Position numbers and translations under genes: made by a program
Part shown: positions 1 to 10,829 of the stretch, piece by piece
How positions within the stretch are numbered: the first letter of the stretch is position 1
Layout: every line of letters begins with the position of its first letter
Notes under the pieces: generated by a model
Told to the model about the DNA's origin: nothing
Seen by the model: the letters and a program-made list of their open reading frames with translations, nothing else
Databases searched by the model: none
From: an uncultured cyanobacterium
Lineage (GTDB): Bacteria; Cyanobacteriota; Cyanobacteriia; Pseudanabaenales; Pseudanabaenaceae
Assembly: GCA_963703315.1 (NCBI GenBank)
Contig: OY969811.1
Location: 3,552,001-3,616,000, forward strand
Reading direction: 5' to 3'
Length of the DNA: 64,000 nt

Positions 1-816
1 AATAAATATCAAATATTAAAGCCTTATTTTATAGTTGTGGGCGATCGCATCGGCTGCCAAGGATATAAAAATGTCGAGTACTTCTTCAAAGCGTTTGCTC
101 AACTAGATAATAAAAATGATTTATCTATTGTCTGTGTAGGAGGAAATCCTAACCTAGAAGCAGAAATGAGCAATTTAGTTCCTAATATCTCTACTCATGT
201 AATTAAGCTATCAGATGAAGAATTGAAAGTTGCTTATTCAGGTGCAATTTCTTTGGTTTATCCCTCTTTATATGAAGGGTTTGGTTTACCTGTTTTAGAA
301 GCAATGGCTTGTGGATGTCCAGTTATTGCCTGTAAAACGTCTTCTATCCCTGAAGTCGCTGGAGAAGCAGCTATATATGTAAATGGATACGATGTTAATG
401 AACTAGTTGATGCCTTATCTAGAGTTCAAGATTCTTATTTGCGTGAGTCTTTAGTTGCAAATGGTTTAGAACAAGCAAAAAAATTCTCTTGGCAAAAAAT
501 GGCTAAAGTAATAGAACTAGCTTTAAAAGAAGTATCTCAAAACATCAAAGAAAATACAATTGATTTAGCTTCCAATTCTTGGTTTGAGCCTCTGCGTTGT
601 GAACAAGTCTATATGCAGAGAGAATATGAAAGGTTACAAACAGAACACAAAAAATCGTATCAACAACTACAAGGAGAGTATCAACAACTACAAGAAGAGT
701 ATCAAAAGTTAACTCATCTAGCACGCGAAGCACTTATTAATATTAGTGCTATGGAAAGTAGTAAATTTTGGAAACTTCGTAAAGCCTGGTTTAATATCAA
801 AAAATATTTGGTTTAA
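1..816 (+). CDS. GT4 (GT-B) glycosyltransferase, 5' end outside window, C-terminal coiled coil
   Basis: [22 protein letters not shown] motif; heptad repeats then [12 protein letters not shown] tail. Confidence 0.9.
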   Translation, partial: NKYQILKPYFIVVGDRIGCQGYKNVEYFFKAFAQLDNKNDLSIVCVGGNPNLEAEMSNLVPNISTHVIKLSDEELKVAYSGAISLVYPSLYEGFGLPVLEAMACGCPVIACKTSSIPEVAGEAAIYVNGYDVNELVDALSRVQDSYLRESLVANGLEQAKKFSWQKMAKVIELALKEVSQNIKENTIDLASNSWFEPLRCEQVYMQREYERLQTEHKKSYQQLQGEYQQLQEEYQKLTHLAREALINISAMESSKFWKLRKAWFNIKKYLV

Positions 817-892
817 AATCAGACAACACATAGCTTTAATTATAATTCAAATAATTCAAAACACATAAAATCTTTAGCATCATTGCAATCAT

Positions 893-2512
893 ATGAATAA
901 AATCAACCTATTACTTAATAAATACATTAACGTTATTTTATTTATCTTGATACTCATATTTTGGCTTTGGATATTTTTTAGCACCCAAGTAGTTTTTTCG
1001 GGTTTTCATTTTATTGATGATCATGAATTAGTTAGAATACATTATGATCTAGGGCAGATGTCTTTATGGGAAACTATAGTCACGTGGATAAAAAACGATT
1101 ACACATCGGGTAGATTTAGACCATTTTTTTATTTCCATAGAGTTACAGAAACTAGCTTTTTTGGACTAAACTGGTTTAGCTTATTTTTATATAGATGCCT
1201 TCTAGCAAGTCTAACTTCATATTTGTTATTTGTATTTGGTAGCTTAATTAATTTTTCCATTCTCGAATCTTTACTATTTACTTCTTTAACTGTTTTAGGA
1301 GAGCAAACTATTACTTGGTATAGATTTGGCGTTGCTGAATCTATCGGAATGTTTTTGATTTCTATTGCTCTGTTAACTGCTGCTGTATCACCTCAGCAAA
1401 ACTATAAATCGGTAATATACAATACTATATTTACCATTAGCTTAGTCCTAGCTTCTTTGACGAAAGAGAGCTTTATTTTATTTATTCCATTCATTTTAAT
1501 ATTAAAAATTGCAATTCCTTATATCAAAGATAATATAAGTTTTAAGCAATCTTTTAAACGTGAAATAAAAGTTGTCCTTCCAATTTTTATACTCTTATTA
1601 TGTGAGACTATCTACATCAAGTTTTCTTTGGGAACTAATGCAATAGGCTATGCAGGAATTGATCAAGACACCTTTAATCCTACTAAAATCAGTGCTGTCT
1701 TATCATCAATTATCAACAACAGTTCGTTGCTAGCATGTACTATCTTATTTATTCTTTTTTTGCCATATTTTATTTTTGTAAAAAAGACAAGTACTTCTCA
1801 ACAAATATTTTACAAGTTTATAACTATTACAGCTCTGTTTGCATTATCTATAATGCCACAAATTTTATTGTATTCTAAGTCTGGCATGTCAGTTTATTAC
1901 TTGCTACCTGCCTTGATAGGAACCTCTTTATTAACTGTAGCCATAATAAATTTTATTCGTCAATACCATCGAATGATTGGTTTAATATTAGTGTCGCTTT
2001 TTCTTTTTGTTTCTCTTAATAAAATATCATCTGTTACCCTAGCTATGCGTAGTTTTGCTATAGATGGAATAGCTACCAATAAATTATTAAATGATATTGA
2101 ATTGTGCTTTAAGAACGAAGAGAAAAAAAATGTATTAATAGTTGTTAATCCCAGATTAAATTATGAGATATCTCATTCAGTCAAAAAATATTTTAATTAT
2201 GCAAAGAATATGAATAATTTTATTCTGGCAACTTATGGTTTGGAAGGTACAGATTTTTACTCAGAAACTTACAAAGAGCAAGAGAAATATTGGAAATTTA
2301 TTAATCCAAAAGAAGTAAAAAGTTTTTACAACAATAAAAGCATCAGTACATTAGAGGACAAACAAAGTATAAAAGGCGTTGTAATTTTTTCTTCGAAAGA
2401 AGATTTTATCAATACTTCAAAAGACTGGTTTTCAGAAGTATCTTTTAACAAAAATGAATATGCGTTAAATTATCAGGTTAGTGGAGTTACATTTTATTGT
2501 AAAAACTTTTAA
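893..2512 (+). CDS. Multi-pass membrane protein, probable GT-C/GtrC-like sugar transferase
   Basis: Many hydrophobic segments; early DD and GRFRP motifs; LTKESF; lies next to GtrB/GtrA-like genes. Confidence 0.55.
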   Translation: MNKINLLLNKYINVILFILILIFWLWIFFSTQVVFSGFHFIDDHELVRIHYDLGQMSLWETIVTWIKNDYTSGRFRPFFYFHRVTETSFFGLNWFSLFLYRCLLASLTSYLLFVFGSLINFSILESLLFTSLTVLGEQTITWYRFGVAESIGMFLISIALLTAAVSPQQNYKSVIYNTIFTISLVLASLTKESFILFIPFILILKIAIPYIKDNISFKQSFKREIKVVLPIFILLLCETIYIKFSLGTNAIGYAGIDQDTFNPTKISAVLSSIINNSSLLACTILFILFLPYFIFVKKTSTSQQIFYKFITITALFALSIMPQILLYSKSGMSVYYLLPALIGTSLLTVAIINFIRQYHRMIGLILVSLFLFVSLNKISSVTLAMRSFAIDGIATNKLLNDIELCFKNEEKKNVLIVVNPRLNYEISHSVKKYFNYAKNMNNFILATYGLEGTDFYSETYKEQEKYWKFINPKEVKSFYNNKSISTLEDKQSIKGVVIFSSKEDFINTSKDWFSEVSFNKNEYALNYQVSGVTFYCKNF

Positions 2513-2585
2513 TTTTTTAAGCTTTAAGACTAGTGCAAAAATTGAGACAAGTTAGTAGACAATACACTTTTAAAATTTAAATATA

Positions 2586-3530
2586 ATGAAAATCACTCCA
2601 GAGCTTTCTATAATTATCCCTTGCTATCAAGAGGGTAATCACTTAAGTTTCGTATTAGAAGAGATTGTAAAATATGTTGAACCAATGCAAATTAGCTATG
2701 AGTTAGTAATTGTAGATGATGGTTCTCAAGATAGAACTTGGGAAGTTATTCAGGAACTATCTTCAATTTATACTACATTAATAGCACTAAGATTAAGCAG
2801 AAATTTTGGCAAAGAGTCTGCATTGTGTGCTGGTTTGGAAATTGCAAGAGGTCAAGCCGCAATAATAATTGATGGTGATTTGCAGCACCCACCAAATCTT
2901 ATTCCTGAAATGGTGAGCATCTGGAAAAAATTAGGTATTGAATTAGTAGAAGCAATTAAAATATCTCGCGGCAAAGAAAGTTTACTAAACAAGTTTGGTT
3001 CTAAACTCTTCTATAAATTATTAAATAATTCTTCTAGTTATAATTTACGAGGAGCTTCGGACTATAAGCTGCTGGATCGCAAAATTATTGATGCTTGGTT
3101 AAAAATGGGTGAACGTAATCTTTTCTTTAGAGGGATGGTTGCTTGGCTAGGATTTAGGAAGTATACAATTCCTTTTGAAACTCAAGAGCGTATTGCTGGA
3201 AAATCTGGCTGGTCTATCCCTAAATTAATTAGACTTGCAATTACTGGGATAACAGCATTTTCATCGCTACCTCTCCAAATTATTACATTTTTCGGGTTCG
3301 TATTTCTAGGTTTTGCGTTAGTGTTAGGTATTCAGACTCTATATCTTAAGATATTTGGTCAAGCTTTCAGTGGCTTTACAACAGTAATTATTCTCCTATT
3401 AATTATAGGAAGTTTGTTAATGATTAGTTTAGGTATTATCGGCGAATATATTGCTAGAGTTTATGAAGAAGTAAAGGGTAGACCTCGTTACGTAGTCATG
3501 GATAAGATTGATGAAAAACAAAATAAATAA
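2586..3530 (+). CDS. GT2 polyprenol-phosphate glycosyltransferase (GtrB-like)
   Basis: VDDGSQD, LSRNFGKE, DGDLQHPP, two C-terminal TMs, GEYIARVYEEVKGRPRY. Confidence 0.9.
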   Translation: MKITPELSIIIPCYQEGNHLSFVLEEIVKYVEPMQISYELVIVDDGSQDRTWEVIQELSSIYTTLIALRLSRNFGKESALCAGLEIARGQAAIIIDGDLQHPPNLIPEMVSIWKKLGIELVEAIKISRGKESLLNKFGSKLFYKLLNNSSSYNLRGASDYKLLDRKIIDAWLKMGERNLFFRGMVAWLGFRKYTIPFETQERIAGKSGWSIPKLIRLAITGITAFSSLPLQIITFFGFVFLGFALVLGIQTLYLKIFGQAFSGFTTVIILLLIIGSLLMISLGIIGEYIARVYEEVKGRPRYVVMDKIDEKQNK

Positions 3531-3903
3531 TAAATCAATTAAGAAATTTTCAAAATATTTTATAGTAGGAATTGTAGGAACATTTGTCCACTTCAGTATT
3601 CTTGTTTTCTTAGTAGAATTTTTAAGGTGTGATCCTATCATAAGCTCGATAGTTGGATTCATAGTAACAGTCTTAATTTCTTATTACCTAAATTACAAAT
3701 GGACTTTCAAATCTATAAAAAAACATTCAAATGTTCTTCCTCGTTATGTTGTAGTTTCAATTATTGGTTTCTGCTTAAATACTTTCATTATGTTTCTGAC
3801 AGTCAAAATCATTGGTCTTTGGTATTTGATTGGTCAGTTAATTACAGTCGTAATAATACCAATAAGTAACTTTACACTTAACTCCTATTGGTCATTCAAA
3901 TGA
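3508..3903 (+). CDS. GtrA family flippase
   Basis: 131 aa, about 4 TMs, KYFIVG...YYLNYKWTF...NSYWSF pattern. Confidence 0.85.
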   Translation: MMKNKINNKSIKKFSKYFIVGIVGTFVHFSILVFLVEFLRCDPIISSIVGFIVTVLISYYLNYKWTFKSIKKHSNVLPRYVVVSIIGFCLNTFIMFLTVKIIGLWYLIGQLITVVIIPISNFTLNSYWSFK

Positions 3904-3959
3904 TAGTATACTATAGCCTTAGAAATATAAGGTGCAATCTCATTAACTAAAACTAAATC

Positions 3960-5714
3960 ATGAAAATACTTATTAACTGTATAAATTTGTTAAGTGGCTC
4001 TCAAGGTGCAGGAGGAGCGGGTAGTTATGTTTACTCTCTGATTTTAGAACTAGCTAAACTAGAAACAGTAAGAATTTTAGTTAAGCCTAATAATTTCTTA
4101 AAGTTTTCAAAAGTAAAAAATTTGCAGGTTATCCCATTAATAGATAATAACATTGAGGTTGTACATGAAAATTTATCGTGGGCAGATATTTATTTCTGTC
4201 CACTTAATGAGCTTGTCCCTCAATATATAGATAGCCGAGTTCCAGTCGTATCAACCATCTTAGACTTACAGCATGAAGTTTATCCTCATTATTTTAAAGA
4301 TGGTGTGTACGAAGGTCGCAGAGTTCACTACGGCTATGCTATTGCTAGGGCTAATGGCATTTTAACTATTTCCAATAACGAAAAATCTTTAATTCAGAAA
4401 ATATATAACAAACAAGATGTTTATGTAACCTATCTTTCTGGTTATTTAGCTGATCAATTTTCTACTGACGAAGAAAAAAACAAGCTAGAGCAAAATCAAC
4501 TTGAATTACCTCAATCTCCTTATATTATTTATCCTGCCATACCTTGGCGACATAAAAATCATCATCGATTAATTGAAGCTCTATGGATGCTTAAACAGGA
4601 AAGAAAAGAATTTAAGGAGCTAAAACTAGTTTTAACAGGGGCAGAACATAGTCTGTCATCTTCATCTTTGCAGCATCTCATTAATGCTCTACAGATACAA
4701 GATAGTATAGAGATGAAAGGATTTGTTAGCGATCTAGACTTAGCAACTTTAATAAAAAATGCTAAGTTAATGGTTTTCCCCTCTTTGTATGAGGGTTTTG
4801 GTATTCCTATTATTGATGCAATGAAATTAGGAACACCTGTTTTAACAACATCTTTTGCTGCTATTCCAGAGGTCTCTGGTGAGGCTGTTGCTTATATACA
4901 AAACCCATTAGATAGTAAACAAGTATCAAGTGACTTATATTCACTATTAATCAATAGTGAAAAGCTGGATTATTTAAGCCAAGAAGGTAAAGTAAAATCT
5001 AAATCTTACTCATCAGAAAAAACAGCTAAATCTACCCTAAGTGCTTTTCAAGACATTTTAGAGAAGCATAAAAATCAACCTAAGTTAGATTATATTAACG
5101 TAAATGCTGTGTCTCAATACAGGCATATTAACAAGCAACCAAAGTTAAGTATAATCTTAGATTGCATTAATTGCACTAATTCAGAGAAGCATAGCGAAAA
5201 ATTAGGTCATTATATTGATGAGATTTTGAGTTACCATAACAACGATTTCAAAATCATCCCAATATTATCAAATCAATCTCAATTAAAACCCTCAGGTAGT
5301 TCTATATTACCTGTTTACTATCTTCAAGAGAATGAATCATATTTTAATAACTTGTTAGATTATATCTTTGATTCTGTATTAGAGACGGAGTATGTTATTT
5401 ATTCTTCTATAGATAAATTTTTAAATTTCTACCAAAAACTTGATGTTACTGAAGCTTTAACAATTTTAGATACCTTCAATAATTTTATTGCGGTGCAATT
5501 TACACAAGAGGTTGCATACCCTACAAAAATTTCACCTCTTTCTGGGATTGAATTACTTCAAAAATACGATCAGCACAAAAATAAAAGATTGGAATTTTTT
5601 GAGTTAATGCTATTGAGAGCAAGCCACCAAAATAGAGATAATCACTTGGGTCAATTTAAGTTCTTGAGTAATTTTTTATCACAAAACCACTATCTTAAAT
5701 ATCCTATTCGCTAA
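3960..5714 (+). CDS. GT4 glycosyltransferase with C-terminal extension
   Basis: HKNH and [16 protein letters not shown] motifs. Confidence 0.85.
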   Translation: MKILINCINLLSGSQGAGGAGSYVYSLILELAKLETVRILVKPNNFLKFSKVKNLQVIPLIDNNIEVVHENLSWADIYFCPLNELVPQYIDSRVPVVSTILDLQHEVYPHYFKDGVYEGRRVHYGYAIARANGILTISNNEKSLIQKIYNKQDVYVTYLSGYLADQFSTDEEKNKLEQNQLELPQSPYIIYPAIPWRHKNHHRLIEALWMLKQERKEFKELKLVLTGAEHSLSSSSLQHLINALQIQDSIEMKGFVSDLDLATLIKNAKLMVFPSLYEGFGIPIIDAMKLGTPVLTTSFAAIPEVSGEAVAYIQNPLDSKQVSSDLYSLLINSEKLDYLSQEGKVKSKSYSSEKTAKSTLSAFQDILEKHKNQPKLDYINVNAVSQYRHINKQPKLSIILDCINCTNSEKHSEKLGHYIDEILSYHNNDFKIIPILSNQSQLKPSGSSILPVYYLQENESYFNNLLDYIFDSVLETEYVIYSSIDKFLNFYQKLDVTEALTILDTFNNFIAVQFTQEVAYPTKISPLSGIELLQKYDQHKNKRLEFFELMLLRASHQNRDNHLGQFKFLSNFLSQNHYLKYPIR

Positions 5715-5754
5715 TTTATTGTCTAAGGTAGTTTAGAAATAGAAAATCAAAAAA

Positions 5755-6711
5755 ATGACTTATATGTATGATCAACCTAAAGTTTTTGCAGTTATTCCAA
5801 CTCGTAACCGCAAGGATAAAACTTTACGGTTTTTAGAACAGTTTATTCAACAAGAGTATAACAATTTACACATTGTCTTAGTAGATGCCAATTCTACTGA
5901 TGGGACTCAAGATGCTATAGTAACCGACTATCCACAGGTGAAGTTAATCCATGTAGATGATGAATGTTATTGGACAGCTTCCACTAATCGAGGTGTTGAG
6001 TATGCTTTAGCTAATCAAGCAGATTTTATTCTAACTATTAATGATGATTCTTATGTCGGCATTAATTATATTTCTGACTTAGTTAACTTAGCATTAAAAT
6101 ATAATGTAGAGATCTTAGGAAGTCGTATTGATTATATGCACCAACCTAGCCTTATTTGGTCATTAGGAGCTTATTGTAACTGGGGGACAAGAAATATTTT
6201 GCAACTTTCCTATAATAAGTGTTGGATTGATGATCTATCTATAAATATCAAGGAAAGGGAATTAATAAAAGTTAAAGCTTTGGCGGGTAATGGAGTACTA
6301 TTCAATAAATCTGTTTTTGAAAAGATTGGATTGTACAACGAAGTGTTCTTACCTCATTATCATGCAGACTCTGAATTGATTATGAGAGCAGTCAAAAATA
6401 ATATTGAACCTTTTACGGCAGTTAACGTTGTTGTATATAACGATTGTATCGACGTTTTTCATACACATAAATATTCCTTAAAAGAGTCTTTAACTTATCC
6501 AGTTAGATATAGTAAAAACTATCTTAGTAAAAGAACTTCTGTCTATTTTCTACCTATTTTTTATGTTGTCTTTACATATTGTCCTTGGCTAAAAATATTA
6601 CCAACTTTAACTTCATTTTTCCTGATTCCTCTTTTTATTCCATTAGAAAGGACTTTAGGGATTCGATCAAAGTTAAAAAGAATAATAAAAAAGATTTCTA
6701 GTCAATTCTGA
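5755..6711 (+). CDS. GT2 glycosyltransferase
   Basis: VIPTRNR, VDANSTDGT, INDD, LPHYHAD. Confidence 0.85.
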   Translation: MTYMYDQPKVFAVIPTRNRKDKTLRFLEQFIQQEYNNLHIVLVDANSTDGTQDAIVTDYPQVKLIHVDDECYWTASTNRGVEYALANQADFILTINDDSYVGINYISDLVNLALKYNVEILGSRIDYMHQPSLIWSLGAYCNWGTRNILQLSYNKCWIDDLSINIKERELIKVKALAGNGVLFNKSVFEKIGLYNEVFLPHYHADSELIMRAVKNNIEPFTAVNVVVYNDCIDVFHTHKYSLKESLTYPVRYSKNYLSKRTSVYFLPIFYVVFTYCPWLKILPTLTSFFLIPLFIPLERTLGIRSKLKRIIKKISSQF

Positions 6712-6771
6712 TATATCCTTCTACTCAATAGGGTTAGCATTGAATTTAATTTAGTAGTAAAATTATTAAGT

Positions 6772-7743
6772 ATGGGCAAAAAAGCATTGGTTACTGGACT
6801 TACTGGACAAGATGGGTCTTATCTTGCTGAATTATTAGTAGATAAAGGCTATCAAGTTTATGGACTAGTTCGTCGTTCTAGTACCAGTAATCTCGTGCGT
6901 GTTAGCCATTTTACTGATGATATCAACATTATTTCGGGTGATTTGCTAGATCAACCATCTTTAATGGATGCGATCGCCCAAGCAGAACCCGATGAAATCT
7001 ATAACCTTGCTTCCCAAAGCTATGTTCCGCTTTCTTGGACTCAGCCATCACTAACGGCGGAATATACAGCGATCGGGGTGTCGCGTTTACTAGAATCTAT
7101 CCGTCGGATTAAACCTGATGCTAAATTTTATCAGGCATCAAGTAGTGAGGTATTTGGACAACCCGATGAATCACCTCAAACTGAGAAAACAGCTTTTCGT
7201 CCTCGTAACCCATACGGTACTGCGAAAGCTTATGCTCACTGGATCACCACGAATTATCGTCAGTACTATAACCTTTATGCTTGTTGTGGAATTACATACA
7301 CCCATGAATCGCCACGCCGAGGCACTGAATTTGTTTTCCGTAAAATCACTCGTGCGGCTGCGATGATTAAGCTTGGTTTAGCTAATGAATTAAAATTGGG
7401 CAATCTTGATGCGCGTCGTGATTGGTGTCATGCTAAGGATGCGGTAGAGGCAATGTGGCTAATCATGCAGCAGGCAGACCCTGATGACTACATTATTAGT
7501 AGTGGAGAGACTCACTCGGTCAGAGAACTAGTGGATTATGCTTTTAAGTATGTCAATTTAAATTATCAAGATTACGTTTCCGTTGATCCTAATTTTTATC
7601 GACCTGATGAGCTTATTCAATTAGTAGGAAGTATTGATAAAATTCAAACTAAAATTGGTTGGAAGCCTCGGTATTCTTTTAAAGATTTAGTAGAAGTAAT
7701 GGTTGAAGAAGATCTTAAAGATCTTACTGACAATAAATCTTAA
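6772..7743 (+). CDS. gmd: GDP-mannose 4,6-dehydratase
   Basis: ALVTGLTGQDGSYLAE, YQASSSE, PYGTAK, HESPRRG, GNLDARRDW. Confidence 0.93.
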   Translation: MGKKALVTGLTGQDGSYLAELLVDKGYQVYGLVRRSSTSNLVRVSHFTDDINIISGDLLDQPSLMDAIAQAEPDEIYNLASQSYVPLSWTQPSLTAEYTAIGVSRLLESIRRIKPDAKFYQASSSEVFGQPDESPQTEKTAFRPRNPYGTAKAYAHWITTNYRQYYNLYACCGITYTHESPRRGTEFVFRKITRAAAMIKLGLANELKLGNLDARRDWCHAKDAVEAMWLIMQQADPDDYIISSGETHSVRELVDYAFKYVNLNYQDYVSVDPNFYRPDELIQLVGSIDKIQTKIGWKPRYSFKDLVEVMVEEDLKDLTDNKS

Positions 7744-7751
7744 TTTCCTCT

Positions 7752-8912
7752 ATGCTCAAAATTATTATTGACGTTACTCCTATTGATGATAGACCTAGTG
7801 GAGTAGGTTTATATGTTTTTAATCTTATTGAATCTTTATCACAGTTACAAATCACGGAATCTTTTGATTTAGGATTAGTCTATCAACCGAAATTAAAAAA
7901 TTGGTTGACAGGAAGATTAGATTTTCCAGAAATACTTCAACATTATTCAAATCTGTATAAAATACCTATACCTGTTCGTCTTTCTAATTTTTTTTTGGAT
8001 TACTCACCTCAGTTTTTTCCTCAATACTTTGAAGGATTGTTAGATAAACCGAATCTTTTTCATGGCACTAACTATACAGTTTATCCCTACAGAAATATTC
8101 AAAAAGTTATTAGTATTTATGACTTAAGTTTTACAAGATATCCAGATTATACTAATTCTGTTGCCAAACAATATACTAAAAGATTAATTAAGTGCTTACA
8201 ATGGACAGATCTAGTTCTTACTATTTCTGAAAGTTCTAAACAGGATATTACTAATTATTTAAATATTCCATCAGAAAAAATTTTTGTTACTCCCCTTGCC
8301 AGTCACTATAATAGTACTTTTTTAGATGGATTAAATTTAGAAGGATTAACTAGGAATATAAATTATGATTTTTCTAAACCTTATCTTTTATTTGTTAGTA
8401 CTATAGAACCAAGAAAAAATATTAATGGAATCATTCAAGCTTTTAACTTTCTAAAACAAGAATATAAAATAGAACATCAATTAGTCTTAATTGGTAAAAA
8501 AGGATGGAGCTATGAACCAATATTTGAAGCTATTAAAGACTCTCCTTGGACAGATGAAATCCATCATCTTAATTATTTATCTAATGAGTTAGTAGCATTA
8601 TTTTACTCAAGGGCTGATGTCTTTGTATATCCATCGCATTATGAAGGGTTTGGTTTGCCTGTGCTTGAAGCAATGACTTTAGGTGCGCCAGTAGTTGCTT
8701 CTAATACTTCATCAATACCAGAAGTTGCGGGAGATGCAGCACTATTAGTTGATCCTAATGATTTTATGCAGATAGCTGAAGCTATACTAAGATTAATTAG
8801 CGATCGCCAATTACGACAAGATTTAATTAACAAAGGCAAAGCTAGAGCAAGTCTCTTCTCTTGGGAAAATACCGCCAAAGAAACTTTAAAAGCTTATAGA
8901 AGTATTCTTTAA
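7752..8912 (+). CDS. GT4 glycosyltransferase
   Basis: [23 protein letters not shown]. Confidence 0.9.
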   Translation: MLKIIIDVTPIDDRPSGVGLYVFNLIESLSQLQITESFDLGLVYQPKLKNWLTGRLDFPEILQHYSNLYKIPIPVRLSNFFLDYSPQFFPQYFEGLLDKPNLFHGTNYTVYPYRNIQKVISIYDLSFTRYPDYTNSVAKQYTKRLIKCLQWTDLVLTISESSKQDITNYLNIPSEKIFVTPLASHYNSTFLDGLNLEGLTRNINYDFSKPYLLFVSTIEPRKNINGIIQAFNFLKQEYKIEHQLVLIGKKGWSYEPIFEAIKDSPWTDEIHHLNYLSNELVALFYSRADVFVYPSHYEGFGLPVLEAMTLGAPVVASNTSSIPEVAGDAALLVDPNDFMQIAEAILRLISDRQLRQDLINKGKARASLFSWENTAKETLKAYRSIL

Positions 8913-8917
8913 CAAAG

Positions 8918-10018
8918 ATGACAATCACCGATCAATTACTTATTAATTTATCTATTCTTTTTTCACAGCCAACGGGGATCTGTAGCTATACAAAAAACCT
9001 TTTTCCCTATTTAAAAGCTCTTAGTCCTACATTATTAACGGCAGAACCGTATTCTGATTTCAACTGCTATTCAGTACCTAATAATCTTACACCTGCTGAT
9101 GGGACAGAAGGGCATTTACGTCGTTTAATTTGGACACAGTTTCAATTACCTAAAATTTATAAAGAACTTAAGTCTCAGCTTATATTTTCTCCGATCACAG
9201 AAGCACCACTATGGTCACCATGCCGAAGCGTAGTAATGGTTCATGACTTTATACCCTTACGATTTCCTAAACGATTTTCTCCTCTTACCCCTTATCATCG
9301 TTATTATGTACCACAAGTCTTAAAGCAATCAGAGCATCTTATTTGCAACTCTCAATCTACTGCTCAAGATATCGTTAAATTTTGTGATATTCCAGCTAAC
9401 AAAATTACACCTATTCTTTTAGCCTATGATGCTAATCATTTTCGACCAGTGATAGAAGCGGAGTCGCAGATACGATCGCACAATCCTCCATACTTTCTAT
9501 ACATTGGTAGACACGACCCATACAAAAATATTAGTCGTCTTATTGATGCTTTTGCCAACTTGAAATTTAGTCGTGAATATCAACTTTGGCTATCCGGTCC
9601 CTGCGATCGCCGCTATACACCAGCCTTAAAGAAACAAGTCCAAGAATTAGGTATTGCCGATCGCGTAAAATTTCTTGATTATGTACCTTATGATGATTTG
9701 CCTAAAATGATTAGTGGCGCGAGCGCTTTGGTATTTCCCTCCTTGTGGGAGGGGTTTGGCTTGCCTGTGCTTGAGGCGATGGCTTGTGGTACGCCAGTAA
9801 TTACGTCTAATGTGTCGTCTTTACCAGAGGTGGCAGGGGATGCAGCAATTTTGATTGATCCTTACAGAGTTGAAGAAATAACGGATGCGATGCAGGCGAT
9901 CGCTAATGACTCAGGACTGCGATCGCATCTATCACAGCTTGGATTACAAAGGGCTACTCAATTTAGCTGGGAAAAAACTGGACGGGAAACAGTAGAAGTT
10001 TTGCAGCGATTTATGTAA
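8918..10018 (+). CDS. GT4 glycosyltransferase (mannosyltransferase-like)
   Basis: [27 protein letters not shown]. Confidence 0.9.
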   Translation: MTITDQLLINLSILFSQPTGICSYTKNLFPYLKALSPTLLTAEPYSDFNCYSVPNNLTPADGTEGHLRRLIWTQFQLPKIYKELKSQLIFSPITEAPLWSPCRSVVMVHDFIPLRFPKRFSPLTPYHRYYVPQVLKQSEHLICNSQSTAQDIVKFCDIPANKITPILLAYDANHFRPVIEAESQIRSHNPPYFLYIGRHDPYKNISRLIDAFANLKFSREYQLWLSGPCDRRYTPALKKQVQELGIADRVKFLDYVPYDDLPKMISGASALVFPSLWEGFGLPVLEAMACGTPVITSNVSSLPEVAGDAAILIDPYRVEEITDAMQAIANDSGLRSHLSQLGLQRATQFSWEKTGRETVEVLQRFM

Positions 10019-10020
10019 CG

Positions 10021-10773
10021 TTATTCCCGATCAACATTGACAAAATTGTAGGGCGCGGTGAAATCGTTGTAGCGGATTCTGAGGCGATTTTCAAATTGTT
10101 GATCGAGGGATTCAACGGCTGACGCAAATTCAGGCTCTTTGTCCCAGTCGATCAGAAAGGAACCGTTGTAAATCATGCTTTCAGTGAGTAGTTCGCCCTC
10201 CGCATAGTCATGGGATAGGGGTTTGAGAGTGTTGATAAAGGCATCAATGATGATTTGCTGGCGCTCTTCGATCGCTACTTCTAATTCCTGACCGATCGCG
10301 ATCGCCTCGTCCATGCTGAGAACTTTGCCGACTAGAGACTCGCGTCTTTGACGTAATTCCGCATTTTCCGCAACGGCAAGATTTAACTCTTCGGTTTGAT
10401 TCCAAAAAAGTTTGACGCTGACTTCCCGTTTGCCAATTAAGTTATGAATGAGGGTTTTGAGTTGATCTTCGTAGGGGATCAGTAAGTCTTGTTGGACTTC
10501 TTCCCATGCTTCGACAACTAGCCCAAATTGTAGGGGGAGAGGTACTGCTTGATGGGGATCGATCGCTTTCATCAGCGATTCTAAGACGGTTTCATGGGTG
10601 AGCAGGTGGGCGCGGCTAGCGAGATAACGATCCTGTTGAGCTTCACTGTAGACGATCGCAAAAGGGGGAAGTGCATGAAACTGGACGGGCTGATCGTTCA
10701 TCCCCTGAAGTTCAAGATCTTTGATCAGATCAAGATTTTCAGCTTGCAAAATCGCGTACAGGTAGAGGCTCAT
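10021..10773 (-). CDS. GvpL/GvpF family gas vesicle protein
   Basis: MSLYLYAI start, YLASRAHLLTHE, PLPLQFG, RIRYNDFTAPYNF; start moved to the ATG at 10773. Confidence 0.85.
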   Translation of the reverse strand: MSLYLYAILQAENLDLIKDLELQGMNDQPVQFHALPPFAIVYSEAQQDRYLASRAHLLTHETVLESLMKAIDPHQAVPLPLQFGLVVEAWEEVQQDLLIPYEDQLKTLIHNLIGKREVSVKLFWNQTEELNLAVAENAELRQRRESLVGKVLSMDEAIAIGQELEVAIEERQQIIIDAFINTLKPLSHDYAEGELLTESMIYNGSFLIDWDKEPEFASAVESLDQQFENRLRIRYNDFTAPYNFVNVDRE

Positions 10774-10795
10774 AAGAATTAATAGTTTAGTTAAC

Positions 10796-10829
10796 TTAAA
10801 ATGAGTGGCGCTCGCGCCACTCATTTTAA
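10796..10829. repeat. Intergenic palindrome (REP-like or terminator)
   Basis: ttaaaatgagtggcgc-tc-gcgccactcattttaa. Confidence 0.8.
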
